Shown here: in pieces, positions 37,673 through 46,893 of the stretch
Position numbering within the stretch: the first letter of the stretch is position 1
Layout of the letters: the number at the start of each line of letters is the position of its first letter
DNA from: an uncultured Gemmatimonadaceae bacterium
GTDB lineage: Bacteria > Gemmatimonadota > Gemmatimonadetes > Gemmatimonadales > Gemmatimonadaceae
Direction of reading: 5' to 3'
Assembly (NCBI GenBank): GCA_963817955.1
Contig: CAWFQK010000004.1
Coordinates: forward strand, 1,647,991 to 1,711,990
DNA: 64,000 nucleotides
Program-made: the position numbers and the translations under genes
Notes under the pieces: generated by a model
What the model saw: the letters and a program-made list of their open reading frames with translations, nothing else
Told to the model about the DNA's origin: nothing
The model's database searches: none

Positions 37673-40600
37673 ATGAGTCTTCCACGCGGCCTGTACGACC
37701 TTGTCGTCACACAAGCACTCGCGCGTTCGTTCGACCAGATCGCTCCAGATGCGTTCGACGTCCGTAATCTCACGGATGACGAGGCCCCCGACCGGTTTAT
37801 CGATGCGCTCGCGGCCCAACTCAAGGCGATCCTCGCCGACTTTGCACGCGGTGAGCCGGAGCAGGCGGTTGCCCAGCTAGAGCTGATCAACGGTCTACTG
37901 AGCCATGTGCGCGAGGCGCATCCCAGTGTCGGCGCCCTAATCGAGCCGCTGGCGGCGCCGCCTCAGATTCTCCGCGCCGTCCGAAGCGCGGCCGACGCGC
38001 AGCCGATCGCGCCAGAGACTGGCCTTGCCACACCATGGCTGTTTACGGCTGGTCGTGGCTCTCCGTCGCTCCTTGCGGAGCTTCGCCGCGAAGCAATGGC
38101 CTGCGATCAAATCGATATTCTCATCAGCTTCATCACGGTGTCTGGTGTTCGCAAGCTGATTGACATCCTGCGCGCGGCAACCGCTGCTGACGCATCAGGC
38201 AAAGGCAGAGCGCGCATTCGTGTACTCACGACCACGTACACGGGTGCCACGGAGATCGGCGCCCTGGATGAACTTGCGCACCTGAACGGCTGCCAAGTCA
38301 AAGTCTCACTCGACGGTCGCCGCACGCGGCTCCACGCGAAGGCCTGGATTTTTCACCGGCGTTCGGGTTTCGGTTCGGCCTATGTAGGAAGCGCCAACCT
38401 CTCGGGCGCTGCGCTCATGGGCGGCCTCGAGTGGACTGTGAAGTTCACGGAGCGCGGGCAGAGTGTTCTCTATGATCGCGCGAAAGCGCACTTCGACACG
38501 CTCTGGCTGGACGACGAGTTCACGACGTACTCGCCGGACGATCCAGCGAGCAGAGCAGCTGTTGCCGAGGCGCTCGGACGTGAGGGACATGAAGGCACGA
38601 GAGTGTTGCCGCTGTATTTCGACATTCAGCCAAAACCTTATCAGCGTGACATGCTCGAGCAGCTCGCACGTGAGCGCGAACATGGCCGTACGCGGAACCT
38701 GCTGGTCGCCGCTACCGGCACGGGGAAGACGGTCGTTGCTGCTTTGGACTATCGGGAAACATGCTCGCGTCTCGGCCACCGGCCTCGCCTGCTGTTCGTA
38801 GCGCACCGCGCGCAAATCCTCCGACAAGCGCTGCGCACATATCGAGAAGCCTTGCGCGACCATTCCTTCGGCGAATTGCTCACGGGTGGGGTCACGCCAC
38901 TGCAACACGAGCATCTATTCGCATCCATCGATACTCTGGCCTCGCGTGATCTCGTAGCGCGACTCGGGCCCGATTACTGGCATACTGTCGTGATCGACGA
39001 ATGCCATCGGCTCGCCGCCGACCGGTTTGACCGGTTGGCCACGGCGATTCGGCCGGCAGAACTGTTGGGTCTCACTGCGACGCCGGAACGTTCTGACGGC
39101 AAATCCATCGAACGCTACTTCACGTCGCGACCAGACGGGTCACCAGCAGTCGAGCTCCGATTGTGGGATGCTCTGGACATGCAACTGCTCTCGCCATTCG
39201 AGTACTACGGCTGCGATGACGACACGGACTTTTCGGACGTTCCGTGGAATCGTCCTGGCGAAGTCGCCGCCGTCGATCTGTTGGTCAAGAGCAACCGTGC
39301 ACGGGCGAAGATCGTCATCGACGAGTGGCGCCGGCTATCGGGCAACCCTGTCGCTGGCAAAGCGCTCGTGTTCTGTGTCTCTGTTGCGCACGCCGAGTTC
39401 ATGGCGCGGCAGTTCAACGAGGCGGGATTGCCGGCGCTTTGCATCACCGGTGACACCCCAAAGATCGACCAAGTGCGCGCGCCGAAGCGGCTCGCGGCTG
39501 GCGAGGTATGCGCGCTAGTGACGGTGGACCTGTACAACGAAGGAGTCGATATACCCGGCGTCGACACCTTGCTCCTATTGCGGCCGACACAAAGCGCTCT
39601 GCTGTTTCAGCAGCAGATTGGCCGAGGACTTCGTCTATTCCCGGGCAAAGAAAGTTGCCTTGTGCTCGACTTCGTCGGGCAGCAGCGCGTTGACTTCCGC
39701 TTCGATCGCCTGCTCTCTGGCATAACTGGGTTGACACGCCATCAACTGATCGACGCAGTGGAGCATGGCTTCAGCGGTTTGCCGCCTGGCTGTCACATCC
39801 AATTGCAGCATCAGACGCGTCAGCAGGTGCTTCGTAGTCTCAGAACTCTGGTTCAGCAGAACTGGAGACGTCTTGCCGCCGAGGTACGTAGTTATGCTAC
39901 CGTGCGGCGCACGCGCGACGTCAAACTCGGCGAGTTCCTGCACGACCAGCGAATTCCGATTGAGGATGTCTATCGTTCCAGTGCGCCAAGCGGCTGGACG
40001 ACACTGAAACGAGCTGCGGGTCTGCTGCTTGGCAGCGCCCCGGAGGGCGAGGCAGAGCTCTCACGCCGATTTGGAGATCTGCTTCACCTCGACGATCCGG
40101 CTCAACTTGAGTTGATTCGTCGAGTCGCCGACGTGCGCGCGGACTTCAGCCCGACGTCCGGGACCGAGCGGTTACGCGCACAGATGCTGACCTATCAGCT
40201 AGACAGTGGGCGCCAGCCAGTGCCTTACGCCGACATGGTGAGACGCGTTGCGGAGAGACCCCATTGCGCGGAGGAGCTTGGTGAGCTCGCCGCAGTGCTC
40301 TCATCTCGTTCCCGCTTGGATGAACGGGCGGTGCCGCACATGGAGGACGTTCCGCTTCAGCTACACGGCGCTTACCGGATTCGCGAGATCCTGAGTGCCG
40401 TCGGGCACCTCACCGAGAACCGCCGCGCGCCGTTTCAAGCCGGTGTGCTACCCCTGAAGGGTCGGAAGACGGAATTGCTGTTCGTCACGCTCGACAAGAG
40501 CGAAGGCTTTCACGATCGGATTGCATATCATGACTATGCCGTGAGTTGCAGCCACTTTCACTGGCAAACGCAGAACACTGCCGGGCCAAATACGAATTCT

Positions 40601-40816
40601 GGTCGGCGGTATTTGGAAAGTGTCGAGAACGGCTGGCGTTTTCAGCTGTTCGTGCGGATGACGAAATCTGATCCATATCGCGTCTGCGGCCCGGTACGTC
40701 TCGACAACCCGGACGACATCTCGGGTGACCGGCCGATGAGCATCACTTGGACGATGGAGGTTCCGCTTCCACCAAGACTGTTTGGCGAATTCAGTGTGTT
40801 GCGTGGTCAAGGCTGA
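37673..40816 (+). CDS. PLD-nuclease / SF2 helicase / DUF3427-like protein (SauUSI-like architecture)
   Basis: LHAKAWIF..VGSANLS, ATGTGKT, DECH, GLTATPER, QQIGRGLR, C-terminal LFVTLDK..YHDYAVS..FHWQTQN. Confidence 0.88.
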   Translation: MSLPRGLYDLVVTQALARSFDQIAPDAFDVRNLTDDEAPDRFIDALAAQLKAILADFARGEPEQAVAQLELINGLLSHVREAHPSVGALIEPLAAPPQILRAVRSAADAQPIAPETGLATPWLFTAGRGSPSLLAELRREAMACDQIDILISFITVSGVRKLIDILRAATAADASGKGRARIRVLTTTYTGATEIGALDELAHLNGCQVKVSLDGRRTRLHAKAWIFHRRSGFGSAYVGSANLSGAALMGGLEWTVKFTERGQSVLYDRAKAHFDTLWLDDEFTTYSPDDPASRAAVAEALGREGHEGTRVLPLYFDIQPKPYQRDMLEQLAREREHGRTRNLLVAATGTGKTVVAALDYRETCSRLGHRPRLLFVAHRAQILRQALRTYREALRDHSFGELLTGGVTPLQHEHLFASIDTLASRDLVARLGPDYWHTVVIDECHRLAADRFDRLATAIRPAELLGLTATPERSDGKSIERYFTSRPDGSPAVELRLWDALDMQLLSPFEYYGCDDDTDFSDVPWNRPGEVAAVDLLVKSNRARAKIVIDEWRRLSGNPVAGKALVFCVSVAHAEFMARQFNEAGLPALCITGDTPKIDQVRAPKRLAAGEVCALVTVDLYNEGVDIPGVDTLLLLRPTQSALLFQQQIGRGLRLFPGKESCLVLDFVGQQRVDFRFDRLLSGITGLTRHQLIDAVEHGFSGLPPGCHIQLQHQTRQQVLRSLRTLVQQNWRRLAAEVRSYATVRRTRDVKLGEFLHDQRIPIEDVYRSSAPSGWTTLKRAAGLLLGSAPEGEAELSRRFGDLLHLDDPAQLELIRRVADVRADFSPTSGTERLRAQMLTYQLDSGRQPVPYADMVRRVAERPHCAEELGELAAVLSSRSRLDERAVPHMEDVPLQLHGAYRIREILSAVGHLTENRRAPFQAGVLPLKGRKTELLFVTLDKSEGFHDRIAYHDYAVSCSHFHWQTQNTAGPNTNSGRRYLESVENGWRFQLFVRMTKSDPYRVCGPVRLDNPDDISGDRPMSITWTMEVPLPPRLFGEFSVLRGQG

Positions 40817-40941
40817 CGCGCTGCGATCGGGCGCTCGGAGCTTCAGGTCAACTCCAGCTTGAGCGTCCGCCGGACGGACTTCAACTGCGACGCAAGGATG
40901 CGATCCGTGCCGCCAACCTAGCCAGTGGTCGGATTCCTGGT

Positions 40942-40958
40942 ATATTCAAAATGAATAT
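40942..40958. promoter_or_regulatory. palindromic operator upstream of RHH/PIN pair
   Basis: ATATTCA-AAA-TGAATAT immediately before the GGAGG RBS. Confidence 0.55.
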
Positions 40959-40972
40959 CACCGGAGGTCCTC

Positions 40973-41410
40973 ATGGCAAATCTGTCGGTCAACCTCCCGC
41001 CCGATCTCGAACGGTCTCTGCGCCAACTCGCGCTCGTGGACCGGCGCAGCCTGACGGACGTCGTAGCAGACGCCCTGAACCTCTACTTCGCGTTGCCAGA
41101 CGCCGGGCGCCGGGCGTTCCATACCGTCGCGGGCGTCGGCACGGCCGAGGAGCGGCGGCGGCTCGCCACTCAGATGGCCCGGGCGGCGGCGGGCATCAGT
41201 TACGAGGTCGCCGCACGGCGGGCGCTCGAGACGAGCGACCATCCGTCGCTATCAGCCGAAGCCCTCGCGCACCAGGACAACGTGGATCACGCCGTCGAAA
41301 GCCTCCTCGCGACGACCGAACCCAGGGCAGGCGCGTCCCGAGACAGCGCGGGGCCGGCGCGCCGGAGTCGCGCGAGTGGTGCGTCGGGTCGAGGGCGCCG
41401 CTCGGCCTAA
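40973..41410 (+). CDS. ribbon-helix-helix-like DNA-binding protein, putative antitoxin
   Basis: MANLSVNLPPDLERSLRQLALVDRRSLTDVVADALNLY fits an RHH pattern; GGAGG RBS. Confidence 0.65.
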   Translation: MANLSVNLPPDLERSLRQLALVDRRSLTDVVADALNLYFALPDAGRRAFHTVAGVGTAEERRRLATQMARAAAGISYEVAARRALETSDHPSLSAEALAHQDNVDHAVESLLATTEPRAGASRDSAGPARRSRASGASGRGRRSA

Positions 41411-41428
41411 GCCATCCACCGCAATCCC

Positions 41429-42154
41429 ATGCCGGACTCGACCCCCCCCGGCGCATCGCGAGCCGGTCGTCGCGCGATAGAAACGGCGCACCCGACCGGA
41501 ATCACCGATTCGCCGGCCCTACTCCGCTGCTGCGTCGATCTCAACGTCTGGCAGAATGCCGACCGGGCCCGCTTCGCTGCGCGACTGGCGCCCCAGTCTC
41601 CGTCGGCGGCAACCGAGATCATCGGTCTGCTCGCTGCGGGCCAAGGACCGGCCGGGCCGCTGCAGATGGTGCTCTCGGCGCGGATGCTTGGCCACTATGA
41701 GGCCGTGCTGCAGCGCAACCTCGGTGTCGCGCCGGAGGCGGCGAGGGCGCTGACCGACGCGATGGCCGACATGGCGCGATTAGGACCACTGGGGATTGAC
41801 CCGCTCCTGATTGTTGACGGCGGAGTCTACCCGAACCCGGACCCCGAGGATGCGGCGATCATTGAAGTAGCCTTGGCGGGCCAAGCCGACCTGCTCGTCA
41901 CGCGTGACGCCCACCCCTTCATGGGACCCAACGTCCGTCCGATCGGAAAGATCCCGATCGGCGTTGCAGGTCACGTGATCTCGGCTGGCCGACCGCCGTT
42001 GCTCGTGGCTCAGCCTCCGCTTGCCTTGCACGTGCTGCGGCACGGCATCGCAACGCCCTGGCCGGATTGGCTGGTACGTGCCGTCGCCGCGGAGCATCGG
42101 GAGGTAGTGCGACGTGTGAGCGCACGGCGCGAGCATGAGGCACGTCGAAAGTAG
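41429..42154 (+). CDS. PIN-domain protein, putative toxin
   Basis: CVDLNVW, DPEDAAIIEVALAGQADLLVTRD acidic PIN motifs. Confidence 0.75.
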   Translation: MPDSTPPGASRAGRRAIETAHPTGITDSPALLRCCVDLNVWQNADRARFAARLAPQSPSAATEIIGLLAAGQGPAGPLQMVLSARMLGHYEAVLQRNLGVAPEAARALTDAMADMARLGPLGIDPLLIVDGGVYPNPDPEDAAIIEVALAGQADLLVTRDAHPFMGPNVRPIGKIPIGVAGHVISAGRPPLLVAQPPLALHVLRHGIATPWPDWLVRAVAAEHREVVRRVSARREHEARRK

Positions 42155-42371
42155 CGAACGGTTGGCGCTATCGCGGCTACGCAGCGTGCCTGCCGCTACT
42201 CTGGGCCCGCGCAGGGAATGCGCGCGAGCACGTCGCGCACAGGGTCTCTGCTTCCCGCTCGGAACGATGGCCGTGTTTCAGAAGCAGCGGCCCAATACAG
42301 CTGGCCCTGGCTACAGCCGCAGCACGCATGTGAGGTTCTTGACGAGAGCCACCTTGATGTGACGGTCGAGG

Positions 42372-42722
42372 TCACAGGGCTGCCCACTCGATCACGCGTA
42401 CACGGCCAAACTCAGGGAAGCTCGATGGCGCCACAGCAGCGATGAGCTCGAACAGTCGCTTCGTCAAGTGCTCATCGCCCCGCACATTCTCCAGAGTGGG
42501 AACGTGCGACCCAATTGTGATACCACGCGCAGCAGACCGTGTCTCGCGTTGGCCATCGGGGAACAGCCACAGTTCTACGTTGCCCTCATCCTCCGGATGG
42601 CGATACTGGTACACGGTCACCTGCAGATGCGCCCTCATCAAGAGGCGATCTGTAACGTGGCGCTCGGGAAGGATGATGAAGGCCCGTTCGAGACCGCGCG
42701 GCCGCACCTGCACGATCGCCAC
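42372..42722 (-). CDS. hypothetical protein, possibly a fragment
   Basis: Protein-like open frame downstream of the permease; no motif recognised. Confidence 0.3.
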   Translation of the reverse strand: MAIVQVRPRGLERAFIILPERHVTDRLLMRAHLQVTVYQYRHPEDEGNVELWLFPDGQRETRSAARGITIGSHVPTLENVRGDEHLTKRLFELIAAVAPSSFPEFGRVRVIEWAAL

Positions 42723-42872
42723 TGCCCTCGGGGCAGCTCGCCAGAAACAAGCACGACGGACGCTGGCGTAATGTCGGGCGGGAATCCCGCCAACTGCTTT
42801 GAGTCTGCCAATGGAACCCCGACTGTTGAGGTCGTGACTATCGCGGCACGGCCGTCGGGCGCGAGCGAGCGA

Positions 42873-45557
42873 TCAGGATGCCTGTAACGCCACGATCGGC
42901 GCCACCCGCATCGCGCGCCGCGCCGGCACGAGCGTCGCCAACAGGGCAACCATTCCGAGCAAACCAACGACCGCGCCGAGCGTGAGCGGGTCCGTCGGCG
43001 CCACGCCGAACAACTGCTCGCGGAGCAGGCGCGCTGTCAGCAGCGAGAGTCCCACGCCAAAGACCGCGCCGAATGCGATCGGAGCGAGACCGCGACCCAG
43101 CACCAAGCGCCAGATGTGCTTCGGCAACGCGCCGAGTGCGACGCGTACGCCGATTTCCTGGGTGCGTTGGCTGACGAAATACGACACCACACCATAGATG
43201 CCGACGGCCGCCAGGAGCAGCGCGATCACGCCGAGCGTCGAGAGCAGGAGCGTATTGAATCGCTCGGTTGCGAGAGACGCGGCCAGGAATTCGTCCATGG
43301 TGTGCGAGCTCGCGTATGGCAGCGACGCGTCCACGGACATCACACCGTGATGAATCGCCTTGCTCATGGCACCGGCGTCGCCGTTGGTCCGCGCGACGAG
43401 AACGAGCGATCGTTGAATTGCCGGCCACAGTTCCGCGGGGGTCTGCGTGAAGGGCAAATACAACGTCGGTTCGACGGGTTGAGTCAGTGAGGCGTCATGC
43501 ACGTCACCGACGACACCGATGACCTCCATCAGGTTCGGTCCTGGATGAAAGCTCAGCGCGTCGATCCGTTTACCGATTGGATTCTGGCCAGGCCACAGCT
43601 TGGTCGCGAGAGACTTGCTGACGAGCGCGACGAGTGGCGCACCGGCGGCGTCCGTCGGTCGAATGTCTCGGCCGCCAAGGATGGGAATCCCAAGCGTCGC
43701 AAAGTAATTGGGTGAGGTAAGACGAAACGCGACGCTCGATCGCTCGCCATCAGGTCTCGCGGAGCCCTCGACGTCGGCGCTGGTATTCATGTGTCCTTCG
43801 TTGGACAGCGGCGCAACCGAAACGAGCGCGGTCGACCGCACGCCCGGCACGCGCGACGCCGCCTCTTCTATTCGGCGATAGGCATTGAGCACCTGCGCCG
43901 AATCGGGATAGCGCGTGCCGGGCAGCAGCAGCCGAGCCGCGAAGACGTTGTGCGCCGAGAAGCCGGGGTCAACGTGCTGCGCGCTCCACGCGCTGCGGAT
44001 GAGCAGGCCGGATCCAGTCAGTAATGTCATCGCCAACGCGACCTCCGCGGCGACGAGCGTCGCTCGCAGCCGGTCGCGGCCGCCGCCGCTCGACCAGCGG
44101 CCACCCTCGCGCAAGCTCGCCTGAAGCGCCGAGTCCGCGCCGCGCACGGCGGGCAAGAGACCGATGAGCACACTCGTCACGACCGCTACGGCCATCACGA
44201 AGGCGAGCACCGCGCCGTTCATGCCGGCTTGATCGAGCCTCGGCACTTCCTGAGGCGCGATCGCGACGAACCCTTTGAGCAGTGCGAACGCCACGCCGAC
44301 TCCGCAGACGGCGCCGGCGAACGTCAACATCACGCTCTCGACGAGCAGCTGACGAACGAGACGCGCGCGACCGGCGCCGAGCGCCGCCCGGATCGCGAGC
44401 TCCTTGGCGCGCACGGTGCCGCGCGCCAGCAGCAGATTCGCCACGTTCACGCAGGCGATCAACAGCACGAACGCCACCGCGCCAAGCAGCACGAAGAGTC
44501 TCCCACGATAGTTGACCACGAGCTGATCGCGGAATTCCTGGACGTTCATGCCGTGGCCCCCGCCCACGACGGGGTTGGCACGTTCGAGCGTGTGCTCGGC
44601 CGCGCGCGCGGCGGCAGCGGCCTGGCCGATTGTAACGCCGGGCTTGAGGCGGCCGATCAGCGCAAGAAACCCGCTGCCGTATTCGGTGCGCTCCGCGCTC
44701 GTGAGCTGCATCGGCACCCAGAGATCGTTGCCATTGCGGAGCATGTCGAACGACGCCGGCATCACACCGATCGCGGAATACGCTTCGCCATTCAACTGAA
44801 TCGTTCGACCGAGCACGGTGCTGTCGCCCGCCAGGTCTCGCAGCCACATCCGGTGGCTGAGCAGGACCACGTGCGGTGCTCCCGGCTGGTCATCGCTCGG
44901 GAGAAAGCCGCGGCCCAGGATTGGTGAGGCGCCGTACACGTGCAGAAAGTCGCCGGTCACCTTACCGCCGCCGATCACCAACGGCTCGTTGCCGTGAAGG
45001 TAGGTGAACCCGAAACCGTCGATCGTGGCGGCCGCCGCATCGAAGATCTGTGACAACCCGCGCATCGCCGAGAACTGTGCGCCGCTGGCCGCGCCGACTT
45101 CGGCGCCCTGCTTCGTGGGCGTGATGGCGACGATGCGCTCGGGGTGCGGGAAGGGCAATGGCCGCAGCACCACGGCGTCGAGCACGCTGAAGATGCACGC
45201 CGTGGCGCCGATGCCGAGCGCGAGCGTGCAGATCGCGATGCACGTGAAGAGCGGCGCGCGGCCGAGCTGTCGAAGCGCGAACGACGCGTCCTGTCGCAGC
45301 TCATTCCAGTACTCGGCGCGCGAGCGACGCTGATCTCGCTCGCGCGCCAGACGCCGGCACGCAGCGTCGATGTCGGCACGATTGCCGAAGCGGCGCTGGG
45401 CTTCGGCGCGTGCGTCGGAGTCGCTCATGCCGCGCCGTACGAGATCCTTCATCGTCATCTCCAGATGAAATGCCAATTCCGCGGCGACTTCTTCGTCCAC
45501 CGATGTGCGGCTTCGCGGCAGGCGGAACTCTGTCCGGCGGGCGTGGTCGCGAGGCAT
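42873..45557 (-). CDS. ADOP-type duplicated ABC permease with N-terminal extension
   Basis: VAAELAFHLEM..EAQRRFGN, VLRPLPF, LLIACVNVANLLLAR, GIYGVVSYFVSQRTQEIGVRVALGA. Confidence 0.92.
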   Translation of the reverse strand: MPRDHARRTEFRLPRSRTSVDEEVAAELAFHLEMTMKDLVRRGMSDSDARAEAQRRFGNRADIDAACRRLARERDQRRSRAEYWNELRQDASFALRQLGRAPLFTCIAICTLALGIGATACIFSVLDAVVLRPLPFPHPERIVAITPTKQGAEVGAASGAQFSAMRGLSQIFDAAAATIDGFGFTYLHGNEPLVIGGGKVTGDFLHVYGASPILGRGFLPSDDQPGAPHVVLLSHRMWLRDLAGDSTVLGRTIQLNGEAYSAIGVMPASFDMLRNGNDLWVPMQLTSAERTEYGSGFLALIGRLKPGVTIGQAAAAARAAEHTLERANPVVGGGHGMNVQEFRDQLVVNYRGRLFVLLGAVAFVLLIACVNVANLLLARGTVRAKELAIRAALGAGRARLVRQLLVESVMLTFAGAVCGVGVAFALLKGFVAIAPQEVPRLDQAGMNGAVLAFVMAVAVVTSVLIGLLPAVRGADSALQASLREGGRWSSGGGRDRLRATLVAAEVALAMTLLTGSGLLIRSAWSAQHVDPGFSAHNVFAARLLLPGTRYPDSAQVLNAYRRIEEAASRVPGVRSTALVSVAPLSNEGHMNTSADVEGSARPDGERSSVAFRLTSPNYFATLGIPILGGRDIRPTDAAGAPLVALVSKSLATKLWPGQNPIGKRIDALSFHPGPNLMEVIGVVGDVHDASLTQPVEPTLYLPFTQTPAELWPAIQRSLVLVARTNGDAGAMSKAIHHGVMSVDASLPYASSHTMDEFLAASLATERFNTLLLSTLGVIALLLAAVGIYGVVSYFVSQRTQEIGVRVALGALPKHIWRLVLGRGLAPIAFGAVFGVGLSLLTARLLREQLFGVAPTDPLTLGAVVGLLGMVALLATLVPARRAMRVAPIVALQAS

Positions 45558-45594
45558 CAGCGGGTGCGGTGGGTGGTGAAGCGCGCCGGCCGCG

Positions 45595-45915
45595 TCAGGT
45601 GCCGGGGAGGAGGATCGGCGTCACGAGCGCGACGAACTGGGCGAAGTCGCTCGCCTGAGCCTTGAGCTGGCGACGACCTTTCGGCGTGATCGTGTAGAAC
45701 TTGGCTTTGCGTCCCAGCTCCGAGGTCCCCCATTCCGCCTCGATCCATCCATCGCGTTCCATGCGATAGAGTGCGGGATACAGCGAGCCTTCTTCGACGC
45801 GGAGCTCGTCGCCGGTGCGTTCGTGCAACCAGCGGACGATGCCGTAGCCGTGTCGTGGTCCGAGCGACAGCGCCTTGAGGACGAGCGCGTCGAGTGTGCC
45901 GTAGAGAGCGTCCAT
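45595..45915 (-). CDS. PadR-family regulator (acidobacterial type)
   Basis: GTLDALVLKAL..HGYGI..VEEGSLYPALYRME..AEWG..AKFYTITPKGR; ATG 45915. Confidence 0.92.
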   Translation of the reverse strand: MDALYGTLDALVLKALSLGPRHGYGIVRWLHERTGDELRVEEGSLYPALYRMERDGWIEAEWGTSELGRKAKFYTITPKGRRQLKAQASDFAQFVALVTPILLPGT

Positions 45916-45970
45916 ACGCGAACCAGTAAGCGTTGCGGAGAGAGTGGTGAAACCCGCGAGGAGGCGATGC

Positions 45971-46016
45971 CCTAGATGTCTAGGACTATGGTAGCGTGGA
46001 TGCCTAGCTGTCAAGG
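45971..46016 (-). promoter_or_regulatory. padR promoter with two operator palindromes
   Basis: CCTAGA-TG-TCTAGG 45971-45984 and CCTAGC-TG-TCAAGG 46003-46016; the second contains minus-strand TTGACA. Confidence 0.7.
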
Positions 46017-46079
46017 CCTCATGGGGGCGACGCCTCTCGTAGGCGAGTTCGAGGGATATCTCCCGGGGCTTGCCGGCTA

Positions 46080-46095
46080 ATGCTAGTACTAGCAT
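46080..46095. promoter_or_regulatory. perfect 16-bp palindrome, probable TA operator
   Basis: ATGCTAGTACTAGCAT, 8 bp before the toxin ATG. Confidence 0.65.
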
Positions 46096-46103
46096 ACTCC
46101 GGC

Positions 46104-46484
46104 ATGGCCGATCGTCCCCCGCTAAAGCCGGTCGAGTGGATGGGCTCCTCGCTCGACGACCTGCGCGACTTCCCCGAAGGGGTCCAGGACGAGGTCGGAT
46201 ACGCGCTCTACGCCGCGCAGCGTGGGGAGCACCCGCCGTAGGCCAAGCGGCTCAAAGGCGACCCCGCAGGCCTAATCGAGCTCGTCGAGGACTTCGACGG
46301 CAACACCTATCGCGCGGTGTACACGGTGAAGCTGCGAGGGGCCGTGTATGTGCTCCATGTCTTTCAGAAGAAATCCACGCGCGGGATCGCCACGCCCCGG
46401 CACGAAATCGCGCTGATCAAAGAGCGCTATGCTCGCGGGCGTGAGCATCACGCGACGCACTACGGTACCCTGGAGGATCGATGA
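46104..46484 (+). pseudogene. RelE/Gp49-like (HigB-type) toxin with in-frame TAG
   Basis: Not in the ORF track. MADRPPLKPVEWMGSSLDDLRDFP..GYALYAAQRGEHPP*AKRLKG..TYRAVYTVK..YVLHVFQKKS; TAG at 46239-46241. Confidence 0.88.
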
Positions 46485-46828
46485 CAGCGAAGAAGACAGC
46501 GGCCCAGAAGGCCATCCCAGTGACGCGCGGCAGCGGCAACGTCTTCGCCGATCTCGGACTCGCGAATCCCGAGGACCGGCTCGCCAAAGCAGAACTCGCG
46601 CTCGCTATCTCGCGCGCGATCAAGGAACGCGGGCTGAGCCAGCGTGAGGGGGCAACGCTGATGGGGATCGATCAACCGAAAGTCTCGCACGTGCTGCGCG
46701 GCCGGCTCGCCGATTATTCCACCGAACGGCTGATGAATTTCCTCAGAGACCTCGGCCGTGATATCGAAATCGTCGTGCGCCCGGCGCCGAAGTCGCGGAA
46801 GCGCGGCCGGCTGCACGTTGCCGCGTAA
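46481..46828 (+). CDS. XRE/HTH_37 antitoxin
   Basis: GSGNVFADLG..KAEL..GLSQREGATLMGIDQPKVS..YSTERLMNFLRDLGRDIEI; ATGA overlap. Confidence 0.9.
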   Translation: MTAKKTAAQKAIPVTRGSGNVFADLGLANPEDRLAKAELALAISRAIKERGLSQREGATLMGIDQPKVSHVLRGRLADYSTERLMNFLRDLGRDIEIVVRPAPKSRKRGRLHVAA

Positions 46829-46893
46829 CCACGCACGCAACGACGAGCACTTGCGCGTTTCGCGGCCCAAGACTGCACCGCTGGCCCTGACAG

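Noticed and set aside
21734..46241. Genome-wide TAG recoding
   Set aside because: TAG ends several genes at their expected C-termini; only two internal cases.
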